A stretch of 64,000 bases of DNA from an uncultured cyanobacterium (GTDB lineage Bacteria; Cyanobacteriota; Cyanobacteriia; Phormidesmidales; Phormidesmidaceae). Location of the stretch: positions 288,001 through 352,000 of the forward strand of contig CAWBZI010000005.1 of assembly GCA_963793265.1 (NCBI GenBank), in the 5' to 3' direction. Each line of letters starts with the position of its first letter. The stretch's first letter is position 1. The translations under genes were made by a program, and so were the position numbers. A model generated the notes under the pieces. It saw only the letters and a program-made list of their open reading frames with translations, searched no databases and was not told where the DNA came from. Shown here piece after piece: positions 50,604 through 60,832 of the stretch.

Positions 50604-51899
50604 CTAGTCACGTTTCATCTGGCCCTTCACCCGATGCCCAATGTCGCGCCGGTAGTAGCCACCCGGAAAGTCAATTTTGTTCACCGCATGATAAGCCTTA
50701 GCCAGTGCGCCTTCAAAGGTGGGTGCGATCGCCGTCACCCCTAGCACCCTACCCCCCGTACTCTTTAAGCCATCATCACTCAGCCGCGTCCCGGCATGAA
50801 ACACCACCATATTCGGATCTTCCGACTCCGCCGTACCAATGCCGCCAATCTCTAAGCCTTTTTCATAGCGTCCTGGATAGCCTTTAGCAGCCATCACCAC
50901 GCAGGCAGAAGCGCCCTCTTTCCAGGCAAACGGCGGCAGGCTCTCTAACCTTTGCTCACAGCAGGCCAGGATAATATCGTCCAGCGGCGTATCGAGTAAA
51001 GGCAGCACCGCCTGCGTTTCAGGATCGCCAAAGCGGCAGTTAAATTCAATCACCTTGGGCTCGCCTGCTGGGGTGATGATTAGCCCGGCATACAGCACGC
51101 CGCGATAGTCAATGCCTTTGGCCCTAAGTCCTTTCAGCGTCGGCTCTAGTACCTCTGTTTGAACGCGCGCCAATAGCTCAGGTGGCATTACAGGCGTTGG
51201 CGAATACGCACCCATACCGCCAGTATTAGGCCCGGTGTCGCCTTCACCCACTTGCTTATGATCTTGAGCGGGCAGCAGCGGCCTAATCGTCAGGCCATCG
51301 GTCACTGCGAGCACCGAAACTTCCTGGCCCTGCAAAAATTCTTCAATGACAACGCGATCGCCCGCTGCCCCAAACTGACCGCTAAAAGCGTCGGTCACCG
51401 CCGCCTTCGCTTCTTCTACCGTCATCGCCACCGTCACGCCTTTGCCAGCAGCAAGTCCGTCAGCTTTAATTACGATTGGCGCGCCCTGCTGCTCTATATA
51501 GGTGATCGCACTGCCCACCTCCTCAAACACCGCCGAAGCCGCCGTGGGCACATTTGCATCCGCCATCAGCGCCTTTGCCCACGCCTTGCTCGCCTCAATT
51601 TGAGCGCCATCCTTATTCGGGCCAAACACCTTAATCCTCTGAGCCCGCAGCGTGTTCGCCAGCCCTTCAGCCAGCGGTTGCTCGGGGCCAACCAGCACAA
51701 ACGACATGTTATTTACCAGCGCGCACCGGGCAATGCCCTCGGCATCGGTAGGGTTCATGGCCACATTCCGACAGCCGGATAAGAGCGCGGTACCGCCGTT
51801 ACCAGGAATGCAGACGACTTCGGTGACATTAGGCGATCGCAATAGCTTCCAGGCCAGCGCGTGCTCGCGACCCCCACTGCCTACAACAATTGCTTTCAT
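50604..51899 (-). CDS. purD: Phosphoribosylamine-glycine ligase
   Basis: GSGGREHAL, KADGLAAGKGV, QDHK and EFNCRFGDPE motifs. Confidence 0.98.
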   Translation of the reverse strand: MKAIVVGSGGREHALAWKLLRSPNVTEVVCIPGNGGTALLSGCRNVAMNPTDAEGIARCALVNNMSFVLVGPEQPLAEGLANTLRAQRIKVFGPNKDGAQIEASKAWAKALMADANVPTAASAVFEEVGSAITYIEQQGAPIVIKADGLAAGKGVTVAMTVEEAKAAVTDAFSGQFGAAGDRVVIEEFLQGQEVSVLAVTDGLTIRPLLPAQDHKQVGEGDTGPNTGGMGAYSPTPVMPPELLARVQTEVLEPTLKGLRAKGIDYRGVLYAGLIITPAGEPKVIEFNCRFGDPETQAVLPLLDTPLDDIILACCEQRLESLPPFAWKEGASACVVMAAKGYPGRYEKGLEIGGIGTAESEDPNMVVFHAGTRLSDDGLKSTGGRVLGVTAIAPTFEGALAKAYHAVNKIDFPGGYYRRDIGHRVKGQMKRD

Positions 51900-52018
51900 A
51901 ACTAAAGACCAACCCTTCAAAGACTGTGATAAAAATGCGCTCGACTGAACTTCATAATCTCATCAAAATCGGTTGATTACAGAGAAAATCTAAGGTAGCA
52001 CCTGACACTTAAATGTAC

Positions 52019-52648
52019 TTAAGCGTTGATAGACTGAGCGACTTCGTAAGCTGTTTTCACCGCAGGGCGAGCTTTCATTGTTTCAAACCAGCGCTTAATG
52101 TTGGCGAAATCGTCTAGGTTTTGACTTTGGGCCTCGTACGGCACAATCCATGGATAGCAGGCCATATCAGCAATAGAATAGTCGCCTGCAATGTAGTCGC
52201 GCCCTTCTAGCTGCTTATTAAGAACGCCATACAGCCGTGCCGTTTCTTTCACATAGCGCTCAATTGCATAGGGAATTTTCTCAGGCGCGTATCTGGTGAA
52301 GTGATGGTTTTGGCCCAGCATTGGCCCGAGTCCGCCCATCTGCCAGTTGAGCCATTGCAGCACTTCTACACGCGGATGCAGCTCAGTCGGTAGGAACTGA
52401 CCTGTTTTATCGGCTAGGTATTGCAGAATCGCGCCAGATTCAAACACGCTAATCGGTTCGCCTGAGCTAGGTTCATCATCGACAATGGCCGGAATCCGGT
52501 TGTTCGGAGAAATCTTGAGGAACGCAGGATCGAACTGATCGCCTTTGCTGATATCGATAGGATGAATCGTGTACGGCAGCTCGGCCTCTTCTAGAAAAAT
52601 AGTGATTTTGTGGCCGTTCGGTGTCGTCCAGTAGTAGAGATCGATCAT
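52019..52648 (-). CDS. Glutathione S-transferase family protein (YfcG-like)
   Basis: TTPNGHK, SPNNRIPAI, FESGAIL and WQMGGLGPMLGQ motifs. Confidence 0.93.
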   Translation of the reverse strand: MIDLYYWTTPNGHKITIFLEEAELPYTIHPIDISKGDQFDPAFLKISPNNRIPAIVDDEPSSGEPISVFESGAILQYLADKTGQFLPTELHPRVEVLQWLNWQMGGLGPMLGQNHHFTRYAPEKIPYAIERYVKETARLYGVLNKQLEGRDYIAGDYSIADMACYPWIVPYEAQSQNLDDFANIKRWFETMKARPAVKTAYEVAQSINA

Positions 52649-52792
52649 GTTTTGCAAACTGCGGTAGGAATGTACAGCTAAAGATACTTTATTTCTTTGA
52701 TCTCATCCATCAAAGCAAAAGCTCAGCAGCGAAGGTGTCTGTTCCTTCACTACCGAGCAATTTGTTTCTTAGAAGCTTATCGCAAGAGCGGC

Positions 52793-52963
52793 CTACTTTT
52801 TATTGCGCACGTCGCGGTTGTACTGCACTAATGCCGTGATGCTACTACCTTCTGATAGCTGATCTGGGGTAGAAAGCTGCCTTTGGGCTGAGGCTGTTGG
52901 CGCGATCGCTCCGAACCCTAATACAGCGATCGCACTAGCAACGATAAAGCGTTTCATAATCAT
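52793..52963 (-). CDS. 56-aa secreted small protein
   Basis: Not in the ORF track. AGGAG RBS then MIMKRFIVASAIAVLGFGAIAPTASA/QRQLSTPDQLSEGSSITALVQYNRDVRNKK*. Confidence 0.75.
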   Translation of the reverse strand: MIMKRFIVASAIAVLGFGAIAPTASAQRQLSTPDQLSEGSSITALVQYNRDVRNKK

Positions 52964-53073
52964 GAACTCCTGGTGTAGCTGAACTTATTGTCTACTAACC
53001 AGCATGACAACCGCCTATAAGACCACCCTGAATCGCAAGTGATAAAAAACCCAGAGAATTATGAGAATTATGA

Positions 53074-53117
53074 GTATCCCCTGATACAAAACTGAGGTTT
53101 TTTGTATTCCACAATAC
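53074..53117. promoter_or_regulatory. Two NtcA-like sites
   Basis: GTA-TCCCCTGA-TAC (53074-53087) and tGTA-TTCCACAA-TACa (53104-53117). Confidence 0.45.
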
Positions 53118-53143
53118 AGTTGACAGCCATTTATCGAGATGAC

Positions 53144-55045
53144 TTACTCAACCGTTACCGACTTTGCAAGGTTGCGAGGCTGATCCACATCCAAACCGCG
53201 CCTAGCTGCGATGTGATAGGAGAGCAATTGCAAGGGCACGACCGTTAACACAGGTGAAAGCAACTCATCTACATTGGGCACCGGCAGCAGGGCATCGAAC
53301 GTTTCTTCGGCGTCTGGATCGTTCATCGGCACGACGCCAATTAGCCGAGCATCTCGGGCTTTGGCTTCTTGCGCATTGGAGAGCACTTTTTCATACACAC
53401 TGCCTTTGGTTGCGATCGCCACCACCGGCACCTTCTCATCTAATAGCGCAATCGGCCCGTGCTTCATCTCACCAGCCGGGTAGCCCTCAGCGTGAATATA
53501 GCTAATCTCTTTAAGCTTCAGCGCCCCTTCTAGTGCAATTGGGTAGTTAATGCCCCGACCAATAAAGATAAAGTCTTGCGTCTCCGAAAAGTCATGAGAC
53601 AGCTCCTCCACATAGCGCTCCTGACTCTCTAGCACCTGCTCTAGCTGAGCGGGCAACTGCCGCATTCCTTCGATAATTTCAGCCATCCGCTCTAGCGAGA
53701 TAGACTTACGGCGATAGGCCAGCTCCAAAGACAGGAAGTAAAAGGCCATAAGCTGAGCGACAAAGGTTTTAGTCGCCGCAACCCCAATCTCCATCCCGGC
53801 TTTAGTATCCACCACATGCGGAATCAACCGGCCTAAAGAACTATCGGCCCGGTTCGTAATGCCTAGCATTCGCGGCGCGTACTGATCGTCACCACTGGCC
53901 GCACGGCGCGTTTGCTCCATATCCAAAGCCGCTAGCGTGTCGGCAGTTTCGCCCGATTGAGTCACGCCGATGGTGAGCGTGTTTGGCATCAGTGGAGCCG
54001 GGGCATAGCGAAACTCGGAGGCGTATTGCACAACGGTAGGGATACCTGAGACTTGTTCGAGCAAGTATTTGCCGACCAGGCTAGCGTGCCAGCTTGTACC
54101 GCAGGCCAAAATTTGGATGTGCTGAAGGTCGTCTAGCAGGGTATCGGGCAGGTCTAGGCGGATAGGCGATCGCCCACTCTCCGGCTCCCATTCCGTATCC
54201 AAATAAGTCTCGAGGCAAGTGCGAACCACGCCGGGCTGCTCATAGATTTCTTTGAGCATAAAGTGCTTAAAGCCCTGCTTCTCCACCATGATGGGGTTCC
54301 AGTTCAGGGTTTGCGGATGCTTCTTCAGGCGGTGGCCGGTAAAGTCATACACTTCTACGCCTAGAGGTGTGAGCCGTGCAATTTCACCATTTTCTAGTGT
54401 AAGCACAGCTTGCGTGTAAGGCATGATAGCGGGCGTGTCTGAGGCGCAGAAGAATTCGCCCTGGCCGAAGCCGATGACCAAAGGTGCCTGCTGGCGAACT
54501 ACGATGAGTTCGTCGGGGAAGTCGAGGGAGATGACTGCGATCGCAAACGCCCCTTCCAACCGCCTCATTGCCTGCCGACAAGCCTCAAGCAGTTCCGACT
54601 GCGCAGTTAGCACCGCATCTTCAGGCGGATTCTCTAAATACTCAGCGATCAGGTGCGGAATCACTTCGGTATCCGTATCCGAGCAAAACGTATGACCTTT
54701 TTCCTTCAGCTCCTCACGTAGCTCGCGATAGTTTTCAATAATGCCGTTCTGCACCACTGCAATCCGCTCTTTCGTATCGGTATGCGGATGCGCGTTGTGC
54801 TCTTCAGGCTTACCGTGCGTAGCCCAGCGCGTATGCCCAATGCCCAAGCGAGCCGGATCTTCAAGCCCCTCCAGCTTCGTCTGCAAATTCTTAAGCTTGC
54901 CTTTGGCCCGCGTTCTTTGCAGCTTTCCCTCGCTAATAGTAGCCACGCCCGCCGAGTCATAGCCCCGGTATTCCAGCGTTTTCAAGCCTTCAATCAAAAT
55001 ACTGCTGGCCGCTCGGGTGCCAATATATCCAACAATTCCGCACAT
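53144..55045 (-). CDS. glmS: Glutamine-fructose-6-phosphate transaminase
   Basis: MCGIVG, GHTRWATHG, QSGETADT and PRNLAKSVTVE motifs. Confidence 0.99.
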   Translation of the reverse strand: MCGIVGYIGTRAASSILIEGLKTLEYRGYDSAGVATISEGKLQRTRAKGKLKNLQTKLEGLEDPARLGIGHTRWATHGKPEEHNAHPHTDTKERIAVVQNGIIENYRELREELKEKGHTFCSDTDTEVIPHLIAEYLENPPEDAVLTAQSELLEACRQAMRRLEGAFAIAVISLDFPDELIVVRQQAPLVIGFGQGEFFCASDTPAIMPYTQAVLTLENGEIARLTPLGVEVYDFTGHRLKKHPQTLNWNPIMVEKQGFKHFMLKEIYEQPGVVRTCLETYLDTEWEPESGRSPIRLDLPDTLLDDLQHIQILACGTSWHASLVGKYLLEQVSGIPTVVQYASEFRYAPAPLMPNTLTIGVTQSGETADTLAALDMEQTRRAASGDDQYAPRMLGITNRADSSLGRLIPHVVDTKAGMEIGVAATKTFVAQLMAFYFLSLELAYRRKSISLERMAEIIEGMRQLPAQLEQVLESQERYVEELSHDFSETQDFIFIGRGINYPIALEGALKLKEISYIHAEGYPAGEMKHGPIALLDEKVPVVAIATKGSVYEKVLSNAQEAKARDARLIGVVPMNDPDAEETFDALLPVPNVDELLSPVLTVVPLQLLSYHIAARRGLDVDQPRNLAKSVTVE

Positions 55046-55224
55046 ACTTTAAAACTCCTTACACCTTACAAAGACCGACTCACAAAATTATCTTGATATA
55101 AGACCCAAACTACTATGCCCAAACTCAAAAGTAGCCACTCTACAAATTGGGTGGCTCAACAAAACCCTAGACAGCTCGTTGTCTACGAAAGTTGCCTTTG
55201 ATAGTGAGATCTCACTGCGGGGCG

Positions 55225-55344
55225 TCACTGTGAAATGAAGCCGACCAGCAGCAGCGGAATGAGGATAGCGGCCACTGCGATCGCAAACAGCGTAGGCGGC
55301 GACACCTTCACTAGGTTCGGATCGGGCTTGTTGGGATTAGGCAT
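55225..55344 (-). CDS. 39-aa single-helix membrane protein
   Basis: MPNPNKPDPNLVKVSPPTLFAIAVAAILIPLLLVGFISQ*, with HIP1 in the usual Ala-Ile-Ala coding frame. Confidence 0.55.
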   Translation of the reverse strand: MPNPNKPDPNLVKVSPPTLFAIAVAAILIPLLLVGFISQ

Positions 55345-55462
55345 AATCTTAGGGCACTTCAGGTAGCCACTACAGTTTACAAATTCACGGTTCACAAATA
55401 CTTGAAAGGGAGCCTTAGCCACACAGCAAAGCTCCCTTTTATTCATTCAAAGCTCAATCAAT

Positions 55463-55783
55463 CTATAGCTGACTAGAGAGCGCCTCGCTGAAGGTGGAAT
55501 ACGGCTTAACACCCACTTGAGTATCCACCAGCTCACCATCTTTAAAGAACATCACCGCTGGGATGCTCTTAATGCCAAATCGCTTGGCAACGGCCTTGTT
55601 GCTATCGAGATCTAGCTTAGACACTTTTGCTTTACCGTCATATTCCTCAGCAAGCTGATCCATCAAAGGAGCCACTAGCTTGCAAGGGCCACACCAGCTC
55701 GCCGTGCAGTCTACAACCACAACGGGTTCGTCTTTTATTAGCGCGTCAAAAGCTGCTTCATCTGCAATGTATTCTGCGGGCAT
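55463..55783 (-). CDS. Thioredoxin
   Basis: WCGPC active site and SIP motif. Confidence 0.95.
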   Translation of the reverse strand: MPAEYIADEAAFDALIKDEPVVVVDCTASWCGPCKLVAPLMDQLAEEYDGKAKVSKLDLDSNKAVAKRFGIKSIPAVMFFKDGELVDTQVGVKPYSTFSEALSSQL

Positions 55784-55925
55784 GGTGCGATCGCTCCAAA
55801 AAGTGTCTGGGTATACCTACCTACGATCATACACCCGTCAACCCATCCAAAAAATAAAGCCCCCTCAACCCAAAGGCTGAGAGGACTCTATTTCAACAGA
55901 CAGTCAACCTACTGTAGGCGATATC

Positions 55926-57854
55926 CTACTTACCAGCGAGCTTCTTCACTTTCTGCATAATGCTCTCAGGATCGAGCCCCTGGTGGTAGAACTGCTCCCA
56001 AAGGCCACCGCCCCCTTCCTCATGCGTACCCGCGTGAGCAAACTTAGGCGTATAGCCGCGCTCTAGCAGCCAAGTGCCATAGCGAGCGCCCAAACCAGTC
56101 TTCTCATTAAACGACTCAACGACCATCACCAAAGGAGAGCTACCCACCTTTTCTAGCATCTGTTCGTCCACCACGTTCAACGTAGATTTGTTGATTAGGC
56201 CAATGTTCATGCCTTCTTTCTTCAGTCGCTCAACCGCATCAAGCGCGCGATACAGGCCATCACCAAAGCTCACAATGTAGCCATCGGTGCCTTCGCGAAC
56301 GACCTCATCTTTTCCAGGCACAAACTCATAGCCATCGGCATAAAGCGCCTTACCATCGGCATCATTCAGCATCGGCACCTTAGCGCGCGTAGAGAAGATG
56401 AATCGCAAGCCAGGCTGATGGAAAATCTTGTTTACACAGGCTTTCATCTGGTTTGCATCGGCAGGGAAGTACAACCGCGTTTCGTAGCCATCGTCTAGCC
56501 CGTTATCGGCAAACATATTGTTAATACCGAAGTGGCAGGTGTTGTCAGCCATGTCGTCAATCCCCGAGTGGGAGAAGTGACAGAGCAAGTTAGCCTTGTT
56601 TAGCCGCGCCATCGTCAGCTCAGAAATACACATTTCTAAAAACGCGCTAAAGGTGGCGAAAATACCTTGTTTGCCTTCAACCATGCCAAAGCCCGCAGCC
56701 GCAGAGAGGTTGCCCCGCTCCATAATGCCACCGCTCACAAAGATTTCAGGATACGCCTTGTGAATGTGGTTCAGACCACAAGAGCCTTCCAAATCACAGT
56801 CCACAACCAGCACTTTCTCTTTGCGCTCAGCATCGCTCATTTTGCCCAGCACTTCTACTGCCGCCTGACCAAACACGTTGCGGTTAGAGCCCATCTCGCT
56901 GCTTGCGCCCAAGAACTCATACTCGTGAGAAGGCTTTTCAATGTTCTTTAGATAGTCAGCCGCTTCGGTACGACCGTGCTTCTCTAAGTACTTAATTGCA
57001 AGATCAGTAGGGATGACATCGTGGCCGTGCGTGGTGCCTTCTAAGCCTTCGATGCCAACCGTCATTGGGCGCTTACAAATGACTGCGATAGGGCCGTCAG
57101 TTGCGATCGCCTCACAGATATTGGCATACAGCGCATCAATATCCTCACCGTCATTCACCAGCACCTTCAGCCCGTGACCCTCTAGCGTCTTCTGCACGCT
57201 ATAGCCCTTCAGGTACTCAGAAGGATGACCCGCAATAGTCACATCATTGTCATCGATAATCAGCTTGACGTTGATGCCTTGAGCGACTGCTAATCGAGCC
57301 GCCTCAGCGTCATCGCCTTCCTGCTGCGCCCCGTCAGAGCCGAGGAGGAACGTTGTTTTGCCAGGATTTGCGATCGCTACCCCATTCACAAACGGCCACA
57401 TATGACCCAGCCGCCCCGAGCTAAACTTCACGCCCGGCGTCAGCCCCAGCTCAGGGTGACCCGGCAGCTTAGAATCAGCCGCCCGATACTTCACCAGCTC
57501 CTCAGCAGGCAAATCACCATTCAGCGTCGCCATCAAATACTGAGTACCCACCCGATGACCCGCCTCATCAAAGAAAGTCGGCACAAACTTATCAGGCCCC
57601 CCTCTAAATAGCGCATCCAAGATCATCACTTCAGGCACCGTATCGTAAGGCCCACCCGTGTGACCGCCTACGCCGCGCGCGCCGCCTGTCGCAGTAAAAA
57701 ACACGATGGCTTCACGACAGAGCTGAATATTGGCCTTCAGAGCCTCGCGCTGATCGTCAGTGAGCTTGTTATTAGAAGGATCTAGGGTGATGCGCTTATA
57801 GGCACTTAGGTCGATTGGAAAAGCGGACTTAGGTTTAGCTTGGGTTGCTGTCAT
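55926..57854 (-). CDS. Divergent transketolase-like TPP enzyme
   Basis: GHTGG, LPGHPE, SGRLGH, GSDG..EG..N and GIMER motifs. Confidence 0.88.
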   Translation of the reverse strand: MTATQAKPKSAFPIDLSAYKRITLDPSNNKLTDDQREALKANIQLCREAIVFFTATGGARGVGGHTGGPYDTVPEVMILDALFRGGPDKFVPTFFDEAGHRVGTQYLMATLNGDLPAEELVKYRAADSKLPGHPELGLTPGVKFSSGRLGHMWPFVNGVAIANPGKTTFLLGSDGAQQEGDDAEAARLAVAQGINVKLIIDDNDVTIAGHPSEYLKGYSVQKTLEGHGLKVLVNDGEDIDALYANICEAIATDGPIAVICKRPMTVGIEGLEGTTHGHDVIPTDLAIKYLEKHGRTEAADYLKNIEKPSHEYEFLGASSEMGSNRNVFGQAAVEVLGKMSDAERKEKVLVVDCDLEGSCGLNHIHKAYPEIFVSGGIMERGNLSAAAGFGMVEGKQGIFATFSAFLEMCISELTMARLNKANLLCHFSHSGIDDMADNTCHFGINNMFADNGLDDGYETRLYFPADANQMKACVNKIFHQPGLRFIFSTRAKVPMLNDADGKALYADGYEFVPGKDEVVREGTDGYIVSFGDGLYRALDAVERLKKEGMNIGLINKSTLNVVDEQMLEKVGSSPLVMVVESFNEKTGLGARYGTWLLERGYTPKFAHAGTHEEGGGGLWEQFYHQGLDPESIMQKVKKLAGK

Positions 57855-58121
57855 GGAGCGGTGTCCTAATACGTCTTTACACTTCAAAGCTATAAAACGT
57901 CAGCGCAAATGGGGCGATGTGTTAGAGGAGGCTTTGAAAAAGTTAATACGACCATTCTCCCTGATCGTGACCCTTCGGTTAAGGGGGTAGCCAAAATTTG
58001 TATTGAGGGCTACTGAGTTAATAGCACTACAGTTGATGGAACACATCTTGCCTCAGAGCCCCAAAGTGAGGACGGGGGCAGTGCAGTGAGCCGCATCTAT
58101 TTTCAGTTTAATTAAAGCAAA

Positions 58122-58751
58122 CTACTCAGTCGGTCGTTTAAATCGCTGTCTGAGCTTTTTGGTGCGATCGCGCCACTCACACCCCTCCACATGATCATTC
58201 ACCATTCCTATCGACTGCATAAACGCATACGCTGTCGTCGGCCCTACAAAAGACCAGCCCCTTTTCTTCAAATCCTTACTCATCGCCGTTGACTCAGCCG
58301 TCTTGCTCAACGTCATCAGCGTTTCATAGTCGCAGCGCTCAGGCCGAGCTGATGCGCCAGGCTCGTATTGCCAAAAGTAAGCCGCCAGCGAACCAAACTC
58401 TTCAGCAAGCTCGCAGGCTCGCCCCGCATTATTGACCACCGACTCTATTTTGCGGCGATAACGCACAATCCCTTTGTTCTGCATCAGCCGATCTATATCT
58501 TCAGTTTTGTACTGCGACACTTTCTCAAAATCAAAACCCGCAAAAGCAGCTCTAAAATTCTCTCTTTTGCGCAAAATCGTCAGCCAGCTCAGTCCTGACT
58601 GAAAACCCTCTAAACAGATCTTCTCAAACAGCCTCTTATCATCGCTAACCGGAACGCCCCATTCGCGATCGTGATAGGCCAAATAGTCCTCTTTGGCACC
58701 AGGCCACCAGCAGCGGTTACACCCATCCTCACCCGTCACCAACCCATCCAT
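58122..58751 (-). CDS. tag: DNA-3-methyladenine glycosylase I
   Basis: YHDREWG, LEGFQSGLSW, FVGPTT and GMVNDH motifs. Confidence 0.95.
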   Translation of the reverse strand: MDGLVTGEDGCNRCWWPGAKEDYLAYHDREWGVPVSDDKRLFEKICLEGFQSGLSWLTILRKRENFRAAFAGFDFEKVSQYKTEDIDRLMQNKGIVRYRRKIESVVNNAGRACELAEEFGSLAAYFWQYEPGASARPERCDYETLMTLSKTAESTAMSKDLKKRGWSFVGPTTAYAFMQSIGMVNDHVEGCEWRDRTKKLRQRFKRPTE

Positions 58752-59099
58752 ATCAATTCCGCCTCACATCACTTACTCAGTGTATTTCAACAGCATACGC
58801 ACAGAGCCATACCCTCCAACTGGCACACTCAAAATCAACGAGCCTACGCCGATAGATAGACCTATCTGCTAGTCCACCCCTACAAAGTGTCCACGCTCTT
58901 GGCGCAACCCGTTGTCCCAAACGATACAACTTAAACATGCGAAACGAACAAAGGTTTTCAAACCAAAAACACCTTGTTTCGCACTCTTCTTAAACCTTCT
59001 CCTTTTTGAGTGCCGAGCCCCAAAGAACATTTGGAAAAGCCCACTAGAAAAGCGTAGAGGCCACAGAAGTTCCAAATCCACACTTTCGAGGAAAATTCC

Positions 59100-59594
59100 A
59101 TGAAACTCTCTCGTATTTGGGCTCCCATTGGTCTTGCTGCCGCTGCTCTTCTCGCAGTTCCCTTTGGCGCTCAGGCCCAGCGCATTCTCGATGTACAAAA
59201 TCCTGATTCTATCCCCAACTACAGCTATGTTGGCATCGGCGGCAGCGACAATGGCTTTGCTATCAACAGCAAGCTAGCCGTCGGCAACAACATCTCAATC
59301 CGTCCTGAAGTCTCCACTGACTTTGACTTCGACGATAGCGAAGATGTCTCCTACCTGGTTCCTATCACTTACGACTTCAACACCATCGGCTCTGGCCGCG
59401 CGGCGTTCAACCCTTTTGTTGGCGCAGGTGTTGCAGGTGATATCGGTGACGACAGCGACGTTGAGTTCGCGCTAGTAGCCGGTACTGACTACCGCTTTGC
59501 TCGCAACTATGTTGCTAACGGTTCTGTCAACTACTCTCCTTTCGCTGATGATGACGAGCTAGGCTTCACCGTTGGCGTTGGTTACCTTTTCTAA
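59100..59594 (+). CDS. Small outer-membrane beta-barrel protein, paralog 1
   Basis: AQA signal peptide, PITYDF, PFVGAGV and terminal GVGYLF beta-signal. Confidence 0.85.
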   Translation: MKLSRIWAPIGLAAAALLAVPFGAQAQRILDVQNPDSIPNYSYVGIGGSDNGFAINSKLAVGNNISIRPEVSTDFDFDDSEDVSYLVPITYDFNTIGSGRAAFNPFVGAGVAGDIGDDSDVEFALVAGTDYRFARNYVANGSVNYSPFADDDELGFTVGVGYLF

Positions 59595-59616
59595 GCCACC
59601 AGCTTTAGACAACTGA

Positions 59617-59646
59617 AGGAACTCCGGCACTTTAACTGGAGTTCCT
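59617..59646 (+). terminator. Intergenic hairpin (attenuating or stabilising)
   Basis: AGGAACTCCGG-CACTTTAA-CTGGAGTTCCT, with no T tract. Confidence 0.5.
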
Positions 59647-59698
59647 GACAAATCTTCACTTTCTGAACTTAACAAACCATACCTTTTGAGGAAATTCC

Positions 59699-60187
59699 AT
59701 GAAATCTCTATTCACTCGCCTTTCTGCTACTGTTGCGATCGCTGCTGCTGCCCTCTTGGCAGTTCCCTTCGGCGCTCAAGCTCAGCTCATTCGCACCACT
59801 CCAGAAGCCACTAACTACAACTACGTTGGCATTGCGGGTAGCGACGATGGCTTTGCAGTCAATAGTAAAATCTCTATCGTCAACAACGTTTCCATTCGCC
59901 CTGAAATCGCAACAGACTTTGACTTCGATGACTCTGAAGACGTTTCATACCTCGTTCCTATCACCTACGACTTCGCAGTTGGCGCTGGTCGTGCTACCTT
60001 CAACCCCTTCGTCGGTGCTGGTGTAGCAGGTGATATCGGTGACGACAGTGACGTAGAATTCGCGCTAGTAGCCGGTACTGACTACCGCTTTGCTCGCAAC
60101 TATGTTGCTAACGGTTCTGTCAACTACTCTCCTTTCGCTGATGACGACGAGCTAGGCTTCACGGTTGGCGTTGGCTACCTCTTCTAA
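59699..60187 (+). CDS. Small outer-membrane beta-barrel protein, paralog 2
   Basis: C-terminal region from FNPFVGAG onward is identical in protein to paralog 1. Confidence 0.85.
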   Translation: MKSLFTRLSATVAIAAAALLAVPFGAQAQLIRTTPEATNYNYVGIAGSDDGFAVNSKISIVNNVSIRPEIATDFDFDDSEDVSYLVPITYDFAVGAGRATFNPFVGAGVAGDIGDDSDVEFALVAGTDYRFARNYVANGSVNYSPFADDDELGFTVGVGYLF

Positions 60188-60246
60188 AAAAAGCCTCGTC
60201 ATAGAGCGTTAGATTCTCCTAAGTTCAAGTGTTTACACTCTCCTAT

Positions 60247-60283
60247 AGCCCCTGATGGTTCACTGAATCATCGGGGGCTTTTC
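60247..60283 (+). terminator. Intrinsic terminator
   Basis: AGCCCCTGATGGTTCA / TGAATCATCGGGGGCT hairpin followed by TTT. Confidence 0.7.
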
Positions 60284-60793
60284 TTATGCCTCAGGAAGAT
60301 CTTTCTCAAACCAGGCCACATCCCAATACTTACCAAACTTGCGACCGACCTCTTGAAATAGCCCAACCTGCTTAAACCCAAACTTCTGATGAATTGCAAT
60401 AGAAGGATCGTTAGGCAGCGTAATACCCGCATAGGCTCTATGCACATCCTCCTCGCGCAACACCTCAAATAGTGCGCTATAAAGCTGGCTTCCTAATCCG
60501 CGACCTTGAGCGTCAGCACATAGATAAATACTCGTCTCTACAGACGTATCATAAGCAGCCTTTACGCGCAGTTGACTGCTGCTGGCATAGCCCAAAATTT
60601 GCCCATCGCTTTCAGCGACTAATAAGCGATGACGCCCCGAAGTAGCATAGTGACTCATCCACTTTTCCTGCCGCTCTCGAACGGTGTAGGGATGCAAGTC
60701 AAACGTGATGGTTGTCTCTGAAATGTATTGGTTGTATAGCGCAGTCAGCGCCTCTATATCTGCCGATTGAAAGTCTCGAATTTCCATAGCCAT
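60284..60793 (-). CDS. GNAT N-acetyltransferase (Pat/YncA-like)
   Basis: TTITFD, ETSIY, QGRGLG, NDPSIAIH and VGRKFG.YWDV motifs. Confidence 0.92.
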   Translation of the reverse strand: MAMEIRDFQSADIEALTALYNQYISETTITFDLHPYTVRERQEKWMSHYATSGRHRLLVAESDGQILGYASSSQLRVKAAYDTSVETSIYLCADAQGRGLGSQLYSALFEVLREEDVHRAYAGITLPNDPSIAIHQKFGFKQVGLFQEVGRKFGKYWDVAWFEKDLPEA

Positions 60794-60832
60794 AGAATTG
60801 ATACCAGCTCACCGGCATCAGCATACTTGGCG

